Of a stretch of DNA of 64,000 nt, positions 1 through 11,454 are shown piece by piece (position 1 is the stretch's first letter; the number at the start of each line of letters is the position of its first letter). Where the stretch lies: the NCBI GenBank assembly GCA_963796275.1, contig CAWCKY010000003.1, positions 512,001 through 576,000 on the forward strand, in the 5' to 3' direction. The notes under the pieces are model-generated. The model did no database searches and was not told where the DNA came from. It was given only the letters and a program-made list of their open reading frames with translations. This DNA comes from an uncultured Acidobacteriota bacterium. Lineage in GTDB: Bacteria > Acidobacteriota > Blastocatellia > RBC074. A program made the position numbers and the translations under genes.

Positions 1-348
1 TTCGTCGAGCAGACGCCGATCCGTGATGGGATCGTGCAAATTTCTTCGTTACATACGACGGCTGGCGTGATGCTAAATGAGACCCAGGGCGCTTTGCTCT
101 CCGATATCTCCTCGTTCTTCGAACAGCTCATTCCGCGGGGGGTATATTACAAACACAACGATCCTCTACTTTCCGATTGCGACCGTAAGAATGCTGATGC
201 CCACCTGCGTGTACTGGTTGTCGGTCAGAACCTGACAATCCCAATCGTCGACGGCAAAATGCAGCTGGGCACCTGGCAGAACATCCTCCTGACCGAGTTC
301 GATGGCCCAAATAACCGAAAAATTCATGTTCAGGTAATGGGAATCTGA
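1..348 (+). CDS. yjbQ: YjbQ/UPF0047 family protein (5' end outside window)
   Basis: Frame open from base 1. Motifs HTTAGVMLNE, NADAHL and LGTWQNILLTEFDGP are typical of YjbQ. Confidence 0.9.
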   Translation, partial: FVEQTPIRDGIVQISSLHTTAGVMLNETQGALLSDISSFFEQLIPRGVYYKHNDPLLSDCDRKNADAHLRVLVVGQNLTIPIVDGKMQLGTWQNILLTEFDGPNNRKIHVQVMGI

Positions 349-357
349 GATAGATAT

Positions 358-420
358 CAGTTTTCAATTTTCAGTTACTCAAAACTGGAGCAGGTAACTG
401 AAAACTTAAAACTTATAACT
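358..420. repeat. Heptamer (TTTTCAG/CTGAAAA) inverted intergenic repeat, copy 1
   Basis: cagttttcaattttcagttac ... gtaactgaaaacttaaaactt. Confidence 0.7.
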
Positions 421-1410
421 ATGCATGCATTCGTCACTGGCGCGACCGGATTCATCGGCTGTAACCTGGTTCGCGCATTGCTCGCGGGGCGGCACCGGGT
501 CAGGGCGCTGGTCCGGGAGGGAAGCGACCGGCGTAATATAGCGGGATTACCTGTCGAGGCGGTCACGGGGGATCTCGATGATCAGAAGAGGCTGGTAGAG
601 CAGATTGGGGGCTGCGAGGTTGTCTTTCACCTGGCAGCCCATTACTCGCTCTGGAGGAAGGACCGCGAATCGATCTACCGCGCGAATGTGGCAGGGACGG
701 AAAATTTATTGGCCGCCGCAACTGCCGCCCGGGTCAAGCGATTCATTCATACAAGCTCGGTCGCAGCCATAGGAGTCCCTCCGCTGGATCGGTCCGGGAC
801 AGAAGAGCAGCAAACGAGTCTCGCAGAGTTAGTCAGCGATTATAAAAAATCCAAGTTTCTTGCCGAACAGGCCGCGCAAAATGCAGTCCGAAATGGCCTC
901 GATGTTGTTATCGTCAACCCGTCAACGCCGATCGGCCCCTACGACATAAAACCCACACCGACAGGCGAGATAATCCTGAGATTTTTGCAGGACCGCATGC
1001 CCGCGTATGTACATACCGGACTAAACCTGATCGATGTTGAAGACGTCGCCGCCGGACACATACGGGCATGGCAAAAAGGTCGGACCGGAGAACGGTATAT
1101 TCTTGGGAATCGCAATCTTACGCTCAAAGAGCTGCTAGAAATACTTTCGGCGCTCACCGGCAAACGGGCCCCCCGCATCGTAGTACCGCATTTCATCCCG
1201 CTTGTCGCTGCATATGTTGATGAAATGATTCTGGCGCGTTATTTCGGCAAAACGCCGCAAGTTTCGTTCTATTCGGTTCAGATGTCGCAGCATCCGATGT
1301 ATTACGACCCATCGAAAGCGGTGCGCGAATTGGGATTGCCCCAGAGCCCCGTCGAAAAGGCTGTGCAGAAGGCTGTTGTGTGGTTTGAAGAGAATGGGTA
1401 CGTTCGTTAA
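421..1410 (+). CDS. hpnA: NAD-dependent epimerase/dehydratase, hopanoid-associated HpnA-like
   Basis: GATGFIG Rossmann motif, YKKSK catalytic motif, NPSTPIGPYDIKPTPTG signature. Confidence 0.8.
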   Translation: MHAFVTGATGFIGCNLVRALLAGRHRVRALVREGSDRRNIAGLPVEAVTGDLDDQKRLVEQIGGCEVVFHLAAHYSLWRKDRESIYRANVAGTENLLAAATAARVKRFIHTSSVAAIGVPPLDRSGTEEQQTSLAELVSDYKKSKFLAEQAAQNAVRNGLDVVIVNPSTPIGPYDIKPTPTGEIILRFLQDRMPAYVHTGLNLIDVEDVAAGHIRAWQKGRTGERYILGNRNLTLKELLEILSALTGKRAPRIVVPHFIPLVAAYVDEMILARYFGKTPQVSFYSVQMSQHPMYYDPSKAVRELGLPQSPVEKAVQKAVVWFEENGYVR

Positions 1411-1566
1411 ATTTTCTTATCGCCTGTTGCGCCGCCTCCCTAACAAGGGTGGAGCGAAGCTGCTGGAACCCATCGCCGGAAAGCACCAAGCCCAGAAGGG
1501 AGCGCTGGCGAGCGATCGATTTATGGCGCGCCCCGAATGTGGATTCGCCCCACCCTCGGCTTCAAC

Positions 1567-3177
1567 TCAATCCGATTTTGGCCCCGATGCTTTCACCTCA
1601 TCGGACACGCCGGCGGCGAACTGCTCGAAATTCTCGCGGAAGAGTTTGGCCAAATGGCGCGCTTTTTCATCGTAAGCGCCCGGATTCTTCCAGGTCTTGC
1701 GGGGCTTTAGCACCTCGGCGGGAACATCCGGGCACGATGTGGGGACCTGAACGCCGAATATCGGATCCAGTTCGACCGTCACATTCGCCAGCCGCCCATC
1801 GAGCGCCGCGTGAACCATCGCGCGGGTATAGGCGATCTTCATACGCTGGCCTTCACCATAAGGCCCGCCCGACCATCCGGTATTGATCAGCCAGCAATTC
1901 GATTTGTGCTTAGCGATGCGTTCGCGCAGGAGCTCGGCATACACGCCAGGATGGTGAACCATGAAAGGCGCTCCGAAACAGGCCGAGAAGGTTGCCTGCG
2001 GCTCTTTGCCCAGCCCCTTCTCAGTTCCTGCCACCTTCGCTGTATAACCCGAGATAAAGTGGTACATCGCCTGTTCGGGCGTTAGTTTCGATACGGGAGG
2101 AAGTACTCCGAAAGCATCAGCCGTCAGCATAATGATATTCTTCGGATGCCCGCCCAAACCCGACGGTTCGAAATTGGGGATTTGCGAGAGGGGATAGGCG
2201 GCGCGTGTGTTCTCCGTCAGCGAGCCGTCATTCAAATCCAGGCGACGCGTCACCGGGTCCATCACCACATTTTCGAGTACCGTGCCGAAACTGCGAGTGC
2301 AGGCATAAATATCCGGCTCGGCTTCCGGAGAAAGGTTGATCACTTTTGCGTAACAACCCCCTTCGAAATTGAAGACCCCTCGATCCGACCACCCGTGTTC
2401 GTCATCGCCGATCAGCTTTCTTGCGGGGTCGGCCGAAAGCGTGGTTTTTCCGGTGCCGGAGAGACCAAAAAAGATAGCCGTATCGCCGCCCGCGCCTATG
2501 TTCGCCGAACAGTGCATTGAAAGCACGCCGCGGAGCGGCAGAAGATAATTGAGCAGCGTGAAGATCGATTTTTTGGTTTCGCCGGCATAGCTCGTGCCTC
2601 CGATCAGGATCAGTTTCTTCCCAAAGTCCATTAGAATGAACGTCGGTGAATTGGTGCTATCGGTCTCCGGATCTGCCAGGCAATTGGGGACATTTATGAC
2701 CGTAAATTCGGGCACATGCCCGGACGCCTGTGTGGCCCAATCCGGTCGCACAAACATATTGCGCGCAAACAGACTGTGCCAGGCATATTCGGTGATAATC
2801 CGAATCGGAATGCGATACTGCGGGTCTGCTCCCGCGAAACAATCCTGCACATAAACGTCTTTGCCCCGCAGGTGCGAGAGGACTTTGTTTAATAGCTTGT
2901 CGAAATTTCCCTCGAATGACCGGTTCACCTTCCCCCACCAGACGTGCTTTTCAGATGAAGGCTCACGCACGAGAAATTTGTCGTTCGGCGAACGCCCCGT
3001 GTGCAGCCCCGTATTGACGGCCAATGGCCCCATGTGAGCAATCAAGCCTTCACCACGTTTGACCGCATGCTCGTAGAGCTCGCCTGTAGTCAGATTCCAA
3101 TAAATATTTCCGGCGTTATTTATTCCGTGATTTGTGAGATCGTATGAACTCGGGTTCCAACCTGATTGCTCTGCCAT
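1567..3177 (-). CDS. pckA: Phosphoenolpyruvate carboxykinase (ATP)
   Basis: TGRSPNDKF, GLSGTGKTTLS P-loop, LIGDDEHGW, NFEGGCYAK. Confidence 0.97.
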   Translation of the reverse strand: MAEQSGWNPSSYDLTNHGINNAGNIYWNLTTGELYEHAVKRGEGLIAHMGPLAVNTGLHTGRSPNDKFLVREPSSEKHVWWGKVNRSFEGNFDKLLNKVLSHLRGKDVYVQDCFAGADPQYRIPIRIITEYAWHSLFARNMFVRPDWATQASGHVPEFTVINVPNCLADPETDSTNSPTFILMDFGKKLILIGGTSYAGETKKSIFTLLNYLLPLRGVLSMHCSANIGAGGDTAIFFGLSGTGKTTLSADPARKLIGDDEHGWSDRGVFNFEGGCYAKVINLSPEAEPDIYACTRSFGTVLENVVMDPVTRRLDLNDGSLTENTRAAYPLSQIPNFEPSGLGGHPKNIIMLTADAFGVLPPVSKLTPEQAMYHFISGYTAKVAGTEKGLGKEPQATFSACFGAPFMVHHPGVYAELLRERIAKHKSNCWLINTGWSGGPYGEGQRMKIAYTRAMVHAALDGRLANVTVELDPIFGVQVPTSCPDVPAEVLKPRKTWKNPGAYDEKARHLAKLFRENFEQFAAGVSDEVKASGPKSD

Positions 3178-3459
3178 ATCGCTCCTTTGATGAACTGTGT
3201 CTTTCTTGGTTATACCAATGTTTGACCAAAATTGATTAAAGCGCGGACAGGGCCCGCGCTCCGATGGTGTTTAAAATTTTTATAGCACCATAACGATAGC
3301 TAAAAAGAGCTGGCTTGTCGAGAACCTTACATTGAAAGAGAATTGCAAACCGCTAAGGAAGGAAAAAGAGCGATGGATAGGAGATCATCTATCTCTTTAT
3401 ATCTTTTTGATAGTTGGTCAGACGATTCCTTGTGCGACCATCGATATATGTTCGCTAAT

Positions 3460-4353
3460 TTATGTTGATGTACCCAGCCGATTGGTGCGCCAGATGACCA
3501 GGGTGGCGATAATGATTACGACCGTTGCCGCCGCCCCGCCTTCACAGCCGTAGCTTCCTCCTGTCAGCCAGGTAGGGTTCTCACTTGTCGAGGTAAAGAT
3601 AGGGGTTCGGGGAATAATGTAGCCGCTGATCGGCAAGCCGAAGAATGCGCCCATCATCCAATTCCAGGAGACATGAAGCGCGGAAGTGAACCATAAGCTG
3701 CGTGTTTTCAGAAATGCGACCGAGAGCCAAATCCCTGCCAGAATCGTGTTGGCGGTCGATAGGAACGTGGTGCCGGGATTACCCCGATGGCTGATCCCGA
3801 AAAATATGGCGAACAGCGCGATCGTCACTGAGGCCGGGGCGCCGCGTAAGAGCGTTTGAAACGGATAACCGCGAAAGATCAGTTCCTCGTAAGAGCCAGA
3901 GAGCGTCAAGAGGCCGAGCACCGCGAGCGTTTCAATGGCCATGGTTTGCAGGCCAGCGTAGTCGATTGCGCCGCCAGCCCACCAGGCGAGATTCGGTTCG
4001 ACTCGCGTTCCGCCTCCGATAATTTGCAAACCGACTATTGAAATTATCATGAGGGCGCCTATTCCCCATCCTGTCAGAATTTGGCGCCGCCAGCTTTTGC
4101 TGAACCCGAGCGATTTAAGGTTTAAATCCTCGAAGAAGCGCAGACAAAACCAGGATAGCAGGACAGTCCAGGTGATCACTATGGCGTAGTGGAGGAAAAT
4201 AGCGATGCTGGTTTCGAAGGCCGCCCGGTTCTCCTGGCCGCCCGAGCGGGTAAGCAGAAAAAATTGAGGCGAAAGCGTGATGAATACAAGGGTGCGCCAG
4301 GGGCTGCGCAGTACATTGGTTTGCGGGTTGATAAAAAGTGTAGTCGGGTTCAT
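3460..4353 (-). CDS. CPBP (CAAX/Abi) family intramembrane protease
   Basis: EELIFRGY, FGISH and HVSWN motifs; multiple TM segments. Confidence 0.9.
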   Translation of the reverse strand: MNPTTLFINPQTNVLRSPWRTLVFITLSPQFFLLTRSGGQENRAAFETSIAIFLHYAIVITWTVLLSWFCLRFFEDLNLKSLGFSKSWRRQILTGWGIGALMIISIVGLQIIGGGTRVEPNLAWWAGGAIDYAGLQTMAIETLAVLGLLTLSGSYEELIFRGYPFQTLLRGAPASVTIALFAIFFGISHRGNPGTTFLSTANTILAGIWLSVAFLKTRSLWFTSALHVSWNWMMGAFFGLPISGYIIPRTPIFTSTSENPTWLTGGSYGCEGGAAATVVIIIATLVIWRTNRLGTST

Positions 4354-4392
4354 ATTCTCTTCAGCGGTCTGTTAAAATCATATTGAATCACA

Positions 4393-6698
4393 ATGTCTAT
4401 ACCAAATCGTACGTCTCAGACGTCTGCACCATCGTCTCCGCCCCCAGCTCCAGAGGTTGCCAAGCGCCGGCACAAGCGCCGCCGCACGCGCATTATCTTA
4501 TTGTCTCTGGTGACAGTCCCTGTCTTCATCCTTCTCTTCGTGCAGGCGGCCTTCGATACGAATCAATGGATCATCCCCTCATCGGTCAATGAGACTATAA
4601 GTCTCTATGTCCTCTCGACCATCAATTTCCTGGCATTCATCGTTCTCCTAATGGCGCTGGTACGTAATATCATCAAGTTGCGCCAGGAAGGATTGGAACG
4701 GAAGCTCGGAGGGCGCTTCAAGACCAGGCTGGTCAGGTTCTTTATCATAGTCTCCGTCCTTCCCGTGACCTTTCTCTTTTTTGCGACTACCTCCTGGATC
4801 GGTCGCAATATGGACAAATGGTTCAGCCAGGACGTGGATAAGATGCGGGGAGAGGCAAATTATATAGAATCTAACTATGTCAAAGGCGAGGTGGCCAACT
4901 TGAACGGCCTGGCCGTCACGCTCGCCAGGATTGCAGCCCAGATCCCCGATGAAGCGCTTCCGGATACCCTCGCTGCCGAGATACAAACGCAGCAACTCCT
5001 CCTCGCACAACTATACAGTAAAGATGGTAGCCTGATCGCGCAAAGATTGAATATCGACCTCGATCAAGTGAATAGCAGCTTTCGCAGAACGTTGGCGCAT
5101 GTCCGCTCCGACGCCATCCAGGGTGTTGCAACGGCCGCGGAAGTGCCTGAGCGTCTGTCCAGCCCGATCTATCTGATCGCTGCGGCTCCTGTCTCGACCG
5201 AACGAGGCGGCGCGTTGGTCATCGCACGGTCGGTGCCGCTCAATTTCGCGCAGAACATCATCAACCTGAGAAAGTTTCAGAGTAATTACGACGAGCTCAG
5301 GGGAAATCAAAAGGTGTTCAAGAACTCGGCCATGCTGACGCTCGTCTTGATAACGACGCTGGTCATCTTCAGCTCTTTCTGGTTAACGCTTTATCTAGCT
5401 CGCACTATCGCAGACCCTGTCCGGCAGCTCGCCGAGGCGACCGAACGCATCAAAGCCGGTGACTTGAGTTACCGGACCGACGTTATCGGGGATGATGAGC
5501 TCGCTGCGCTAGCCCTGTCGTTCAACGAAATGACGGCCGAACTGGGTGAGAATCGCCGCCGGCTCGAACAGTCGGCGGACGATCTGCAGCAGAGCAATGC
5601 ATCGCTCGACGAGCGGAGGCGCTATATCGAAACGGTCCTTCAGAGCCTGTCTGCAGGCGTCATCTCTCTGGATGAGAATGCTAACGTGACGACGATCAAT
5701 GAGGCTGCCATGAAGCTTTTGCGGATCGACAGCAGGCAGATGACGGGAGTCGCGTTCGAAGGGCTTCTCTCCGAAGAGCACCGCGAGGAGTTGCGCAAGA
5801 TGATTCTGCGCGCGGCTCGCCTGCGTTCCGTCACGCGCGAGGTTCAGTTCACGCTCGCCGAGGATCATTAAGCTCGTTGCGACGGTAACGGTCACCGCCT
5901 TGCAGGACCCTCGCGGACAATCCCGGGGTGCCGTGATCGTGATCGAAGGATCTGACCGAATTGATAGAAGCGCAGCGGAGGGCGGCCTGGAGCGAGGTCG
6001 CACGCCGGATGGCGCACGAGATCAAAAATCCGCTGACCCCGATCAAGCTTTCAGCTGAGAGGCTCGCCAAAAACCTGTTGGGAGAGGTGAACGGCAAGGA
6101 CGGACATGACCTGCTGAGCGATCGTCAAACCAAGATCGTTCGCGAATGCACGTCGATGATCGGGGCTGAGGTCGCGACTCTCCAGCGCATGGTCGACGAG
6201 TTCTCGAATTTCGCGCGTCTGCCGAATGCCAGGCTCGAGCCCACCTCGCTCAATGACGTGGTTGAAAATACTCTTAGACTCTACGATGAACGGCTGAACG
6301 GAATCGGGCTGGAGAGCAACCTGGATACCGAGCTGTCCCCCGTTTTGATAGACCGCGAGCAGATCAAGCGAGTGCTCGTCAACCTCATCGACAATGCTGC
6401 GGAGGCTTTGGCGGAGACTTCGAATGGGAATGGAGCGAATCCTTACATAAAAGTCAGTACGCGCGAAATTCCCGAACGCGAGGCGGTCGAACTGGTCGTC
6501 GCCGATTCCGGGCCCGGCATCGCGCCCGAGGACCGGGAACGAGTCTTCGATCCGTATTTTTCGACGCGAAAACGCGGGACAGGGCTCGGACTGCCCATCG
6601 TCAGCCACATCGTGGCTGAGCATCAGGGACGCATCCGGCTCCAGGAAAATACACCTCGAGGCGCCTTATTCGTTATCGAATTGCCGGCAGCAAAATAG
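4393..6698 (+). CDS. NtrY-like sensor histidine kinase (HAMP-PAS-HisKA-HATPase), split by two +1 frameshifts near 5862 and 5948
   Basis: N-terminal TMs, HAMP and PAS in ORF 4393-5871. A bridging frame reads IIKLVATVTVTALQDPRGQSRGAVIVIE, then DLTELIEAQRRAAWSEVARRMAHEIKNPLTP and the HATPase boxes. Confidence 0.88.
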
Positions 6699-6805
6699 CT
6701 TTCAGTTTTTAGTTTTCAGTTTTCAGTATACAGGTTTCAGTTGGACGCACAATTGAGAGCTGAAAGCCGAAAACAAAAAACTGAAAACTGAAAACTGAAA
6801 ACTGT
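6699..6805. repeat. Heptamer inverted intergenic repeat, copy 2
   Basis: tttcagtttttagttttcagtttttcag ... aactgaaaactgaaaactgaaaactg. Confidence 0.8.
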
Positions 6806-6807
6806 TC

Positions 6808-8154
6808 ATGGCTCACTCTATTCTCATTGTTGATGATGAACCTGGCATCCGCCAGTCACTGACCGGTGTGCTCGAAGATGAAGGCTTTATCGTCTCTTCC
6901 GTCGCAAGTGGAGAGGAATGTCTCACCGCATTCGAGAAAAGGCTCTACACCTGTGTCCTCCTTGATGTCTGGCTGCCGGGCATTGATGGTATCCAAACGC
7001 TGGAGAGGTTGAAATCGAGTTATCCTGACGTCGGTGTCGTCATGATCTCCGGTCACGGAAGGATCGAGACGGCTGTGCGCGCGACGAAGCTCGGAGCCTT
7101 TGATTTCATCGAAAAGCCGCTCTCGCTCGAGAAGACCATCCTGGCGGTCAAGAATGCCATTCGCCAGCGTGAACTAGAAGCGACTAATTCGGATCTCCAG
7201 GCCAAGCTCGCAAAAAGCTATGTCATGATCGGTAATTCGGTTCCGATGCGCGCCCTGCGCCAGCAGATCGCTTACGCCGCGCCGACTCATGGGCGTGTGC
7301 TGATTTATGGTGAATCGGGCACGGGCAAGGAATTGGTGGCGCGCGCCCTACACGGACAGAGTGCACGCGCGTCGCGGCCATTCATCGAATTCAATTGCGC
7401 GGCGATCCCGGAAGAACTGATCGAATCGGAGCTGTTCGGCCACGTCAAAGGGGCCTTCACCGGCGCCACGCAAGCCAAACGCGGCAAATTCGAACGCGCG
7501 GACGCAGCGACGCTCTTTCTCGATGAGGTCGGCGATATGAGCTACAAAATGCAGTCGAAAGTACTTCGTGTGCTAGAGGAGCAGAGCTTTGAGCCGGTGG
7601 GTTCTGAAACATCGGTCAATGTCGATGTGCGCGTGATTGCGGCGACCAACAAACGCCTGGAAGCCGAGATCGAACGTGGATCCTTTCGGGCGGACCTTTT
7701 CTACCGACTCAATGTCATCCCCTTCGAAATCCCTCCGCTGCGCGAGCGGCTGGAGGATATTCCGTTGCTCGTCCAGCATTTCAATCTGGAATACTCGCTC
7801 GCCAACGGCCGCACGCCCAAAGACTTCAGCGAGTCAGCCTGGTCGCGGATGCAGAGTTATTCCTGGCCCGGGAACGTGCGCGAGCTTCGTAACACGGTCG
7901 AACGCGTCATCATTATGAACGTGCGCAATGAAGTCGAAGCTGACGACCTGCCGATCCTGAGCGGCGAAGCCTCTCCTGCCTCGAGCTATAACTTCGATTC
8001 CTACCGCGAGGCCGCCGAAGCTTACGAACGCGAGTACATACTCAGGAAGCTCTCGGAGACAGACGGCAACATCAGCCGCACTGCCGAGTTGATGGGGATT
8101 GACCGCAGCCATCTTTACCGCCGCATGAAAGCGCTCGGAATCAACCGCGTTTGA
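6808..8154 (+). CDS. Sigma-54-dependent response regulator, NtrX-like
   Basis: Receiver domain, GESGTGKE, GAFTGA, C-terminal Fis-type HTH; follows the NtrY-like kinase. Confidence 0.92.
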   Translation: MAHSILIVDDEPGIRQSLTGVLEDEGFIVSSVASGEECLTAFEKRLYTCVLLDVWLPGIDGIQTLERLKSSYPDVGVVMISGHGRIETAVRATKLGAFDFIEKPLSLEKTILAVKNAIRQRELEATNSDLQAKLAKSYVMIGNSVPMRALRQQIAYAAPTHGRVLIYGESGTGKELVARALHGQSARASRPFIEFNCAAIPEELIESELFGHVKGAFTGATQAKRGKFERADAATLFLDEVGDMSYKMQSKVLRVLEEQSFEPVGSETSVNVDVRVIAATNKRLEAEIERGSFRADLFYRLNVIPFEIPPLRERLEDIPLLVQHFNLEYSLANGRTPKDFSESAWSRMQSYSWPGNVRELRNTVERVIIMNVRNEVEADDLPILSGEASPASSYNFDSYREAAEAYEREYILRKLSETDGNISRTAELMGIDRSHLYRRMKALGINRV

Positions 8155-8249
8155 TTGCGAAAATTCACCATAAATAGCGAATCAAGGAAGCTCATCATTT
8201 GCAGATTCTCGTATTGCCCTTGCCCATTAGTCAGTTGCGGGCGGAGGTA

Positions 8250-10991
8250 TTAATCCCCCTCCCTGCCAACGGAAACCGACCACATGGGTTTCTCACTCAC
8301 TGGCGCACGGGCAGCCTGCTGCTCCATACGCTCCGCACGTAGTTCGGGATTGCCGGGATCCGGCAATGCGCGGCCCTGCCTATCTTGAAACTCCGCCAAA
8401 ATACGTTCCTGCACTTCCTGAGGAAGAGAAGTGAATCTTCGGGCGCGTTCCAGGGCCTCCTCATCGGAAAACCACAACGCCTTGGCCGCCTCTTGCTTGC
8501 GCTTGTTTCCATCGAAGACATTCCGATCTTCTTCGCCAAAGCGCACCGCCTCGAGCCATTCATAGCCTTCGTCGCATGGGAACCCCTTCGGTAAAAGTTT
8601 TCGGGAAGCCTTTGACGGGCGAACGAAACGCCCGTCGGTCTGAGGTATCCAATCAGAGTCTCTCAATATGCAGACAAGCTGCGATGCCGCCGTTCTGACT
8701 GGATAGTGGGAATTCTTACGGTACTTTGCCAAAAGCCAATCGCTATTCCGCATGTCACAGAGAGTTCTCCATATCAGCCGCGACAATGCTTCATCGTTCC
8801 GGATCAGGTTAGATGTCAGCCCCTCAATTGTGTAATCTTGATTAATACCATAGGTGACGGACCAGTTACCCTGCGCATCATATATGAGATGCTCTACCGC
8901 AGGGTTTTCGTCGCAGGAGGCCTGCTTGATTTCCAGTCGGAATAGAACCCCGACTGCCTCGGCAAATATCAGGAATTTTTCTCTCGGAATTCGCGCTTTC
9001 CGGTAAGAATCAGATAACGCTACACGACCTTCGTCAGGTCCGACCGCATCGTAATAGGCGCTTAACCCCGTCTCCCGGAATGGGGAGTCGATATAAATTC
9101 CGCTTGGACTGCGCCATTGGCCGTCCGTGCCCTTGAAAATATAGAAATCTGCGAATAATGCAGCCGCATCCGGCTTTTTCTCCAACAACGCGATAAAGCG
9201 ATTGATATCCTTCAAATGTTGCTTCTCATCCGGAATCTCCGCCTCATAGGAGTATCGCCGCTTCAAAATGCCCTCAACCTGCTCAGTCTCGCCGGCTTCG
9301 CGAACGCCGATCTCCTCCAACAACTTTCTGGCCTCTTCCTGCTCCGCCTTGTTCTCGCCGGATGAATAAACGCCCTCGGTCACGCGTGGAATAGCGTCAT
9401 CGAGCTCAATTCCACTGCCTGGGAAATAGCACTCGCTTCCCTTGCCGTATCCCCCGTTACTGAGGCGGACGATGTGAAGGCGTTTCAAGCAATCGAGAGC
9501 ATAATTGCGTTCAGACTCAGACCATGCATGGATATTCGCATGAAACAGCGCATACATTTTCTGCTGCCATTCATCCGGCTTGGCGGCGAGCCAGTCCATT
9601 AGCTGTGCCCTCGTCATATTGTATGGCGGGCCTGATGATTTGAAGTATGTTTTATTCCATAACAGCTCCATGAATTGATCGATATCCCACTCAGTGATTG
9701 CTAACCCTGATAGAAATCGATCCACGTCGCTATTCTTCTCCGCCGCGCCAATCGCCCATTGAAATGGCACGTCATCATAATCAATCAGGTACTCGATGTC
9801 CTCAGGTGAAAGAAACTCTTTGACCGATGCGTTCCCCTGCAACAATCGCGTGGCTGGGGCATATGCCCCGGAATGGGTCGGTGTTAGCGACTCTTTGTTC
9901 ATCTCCTCGATGATCGCCGAACGAATGGATTCATACTGAGATGGTAAGGAGTCGTGCGGATTGGGAAGCACGCCGAGAAATTCTCCGGTAAGTAGATTCA
10001 GATCGCGAATACTATGTAAAGAGGCGGCCGTCAGCTCGGCGAGTTGCTTGAACAATGGGTCGTTGGCGGGCGTCTTTTTAATACTGGCCCGGCTCAGTTC
10101 CGGCACAAAAGGCGCGTGGAGATGGAAGCGCAAACCGGATGCCTCTTTTTCCGCAGGGAAAAATACAGCGACACTGCCCGGATCGACCGGGACTATTTTA
10201 AGTTGCTTCGCCAGCGCCCGTTGGGGATCAAACTCATTAACGTCAGAAAGGAAGTCCAGTTCGAACGCGATTGAAACATGCTGCTTATCCACGCCTTCCG
10301 CGGAATTCGAGAAACGCAGGAAATGAGAACTCGCTTTCGTTTCACCATCTGCCTTTTTCACTATCTCGATATGATTCTCAGAGAACCGGGCACGCCGAAC
10401 CTCGCCGGACACTTTCTTATCAATCTGCCAGCTGATGGACTCCAAATTCGACAGGAAGAGAAGTGTGGTCTCCGCCAGTTCCGTCAACGCCGCCTTAACC
10501 TCTGAGTAAGCCTCTTCAGCGCTCTTCCTGGGATTGTTGAAGGGAATTTCGAACCGAGTCTTGCCCCCTATCTTTGGATCGACTTTTATCGGTTCCGGGT
10601 GAACGAGCTTTGAAATCTTGAACGAGAATTCTTTTGAGTGAATTATCGGAGTAATGGTGTAGACGAACACGGATTTAAATCCGATACCGAACTTTCCGAT
10701 TTGATCCGGCGCATTGGTCTTGGTGCTGTTGTGAATACCCGTGATGGCCTTGACATCAGATTCGGTAAACGCTCTCTTGCCGTTATGCTCAAAAACACAA
10801 CTCGTTCGCGTGAGCAAAAAAGCGGCTTCTGTGGCTTCCGCATCCTCGGCATTCTGAAGTAACTCGAAGATAAAGTGGGCCTGGTCGGGATAAAAATCCT
10901 CGAATATATCTAAATTGATATCCCCCTCGTTATCATCGAGAGCTTGAAGGAACTTCCACCGTTGGGCGGCGAGTTTAGAGATGAATGACAT
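8250..10991 (-). CDS. Sacsin-like N-terminal GHKL ATPase domain protein, possibly C-terminally truncated
   Basis: FIFELLQNAEDA, HNGKRAF, IGKFGIGFKSVF and FHLHAPF motifs of sacsin-type HATPase repeats. Confidence 0.8.
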   Translation of the reverse strand: MSFISKLAAQRWKFLQALDDNEGDINLDIFEDFYPDQAHFIFELLQNAEDAEATEAAFLLTRTSCVFEHNGKRAFTESDVKAITGIHNSTKTNAPDQIGKFGIGFKSVFVYTITPIIHSKEFSFKISKLVHPEPIKVDPKIGGKTRFEIPFNNPRKSAEEAYSEVKAALTELAETTLLFLSNLESISWQIDKKVSGEVRRARFSENHIEIVKKADGETKASSHFLRFSNSAEGVDKQHVSIAFELDFLSDVNEFDPQRALAKQLKIVPVDPGSVAVFFPAEKEASGLRFHLHAPFVPELSRASIKKTPANDPLFKQLAELTAASLHSIRDLNLLTGEFLGVLPNPHDSLPSQYESIRSAIIEEMNKESLTPTHSGAYAPATRLLQGNASVKEFLSPEDIEYLIDYDDVPFQWAIGAAEKNSDVDRFLSGLAITEWDIDQFMELLWNKTYFKSSGPPYNMTRAQLMDWLAAKPDEWQQKMYALFHANIHAWSESERNYALDCLKRLHIVRLSNGGYGKGSECYFPGSGIELDDAIPRVTEGVYSSGENKAEQEEARKLLEEIGVREAGETEQVEGILKRRYSYEAEIPDEKQHLKDINRFIALLEKKPDAAALFADFYIFKGTDGQWRSPSGIYIDSPFRETGLSAYYDAVGPDEGRVALSDSYRKARIPREKFLIFAEAVGVLFRLEIKQASCDENPAVEHLIYDAQGNWSVTYGINQDYTIEGLTSNLIRNDEALSRLIWRTLCDMRNSDWLLAKYRKNSHYPVRTAASQLVCILRDSDWIPQTDGRFVRPSKASRKLLPKGFPCDEGYEWLEAVRFGEEDRNVFDGNKRKQEAAKALWFSDEEALERARRFTSLPQEVQERILAEFQDRQGRALPDPGNPELRAERMEQQAARAPVSEKPMWSVSVGREGD

Positions 10992-11454
10992 TGCTGTACT
11001 CCCCCTTCATCAAACTAATCTTCTCGCACTGGCCGCCCTGAGCCATTTCTCCCAATTACGATCGACGAGATCGGCAGAGTGCGGCAGGCGCCTTGAAGTC
11101 TTCAAGGGCTAGGTGATCTTGTGTTTTTTCATTTAACCGGATAACCGGTGAAGAAATTATCCACTGGTTCTAAAAAGAAATGATGGGCTTGTGAGATTGG
11201 ATTATTGAAACGAGGTGTCTTGGGGCAGTACCGTCGATAAGCGGTTACAACAATCTCTCAAAAAAATTTCTCGATTTCGTCAGCCCCATCGAACACCGCG
11301 TTTTCTCCAGCACCGCCAAGCGGCACGGACTGGAGTTTATCAAACGCTCCGATTTTTGCCAATCTTTTCTATACGCGGTGCGGCTGGTAAGTCGACCCAA
11401 AATCGCCTCACGAGCAGAGAATATAAACTCCGACTTAAACGACTTGCACCCGGG

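Noticed and set aside
11009-11100. Possible gene-tail remnant upstream of the sacsin-like gene (..HSADLVDRNWEKWLRAASARRLV*)
   Set aside because: Too short, and no recognisable family.
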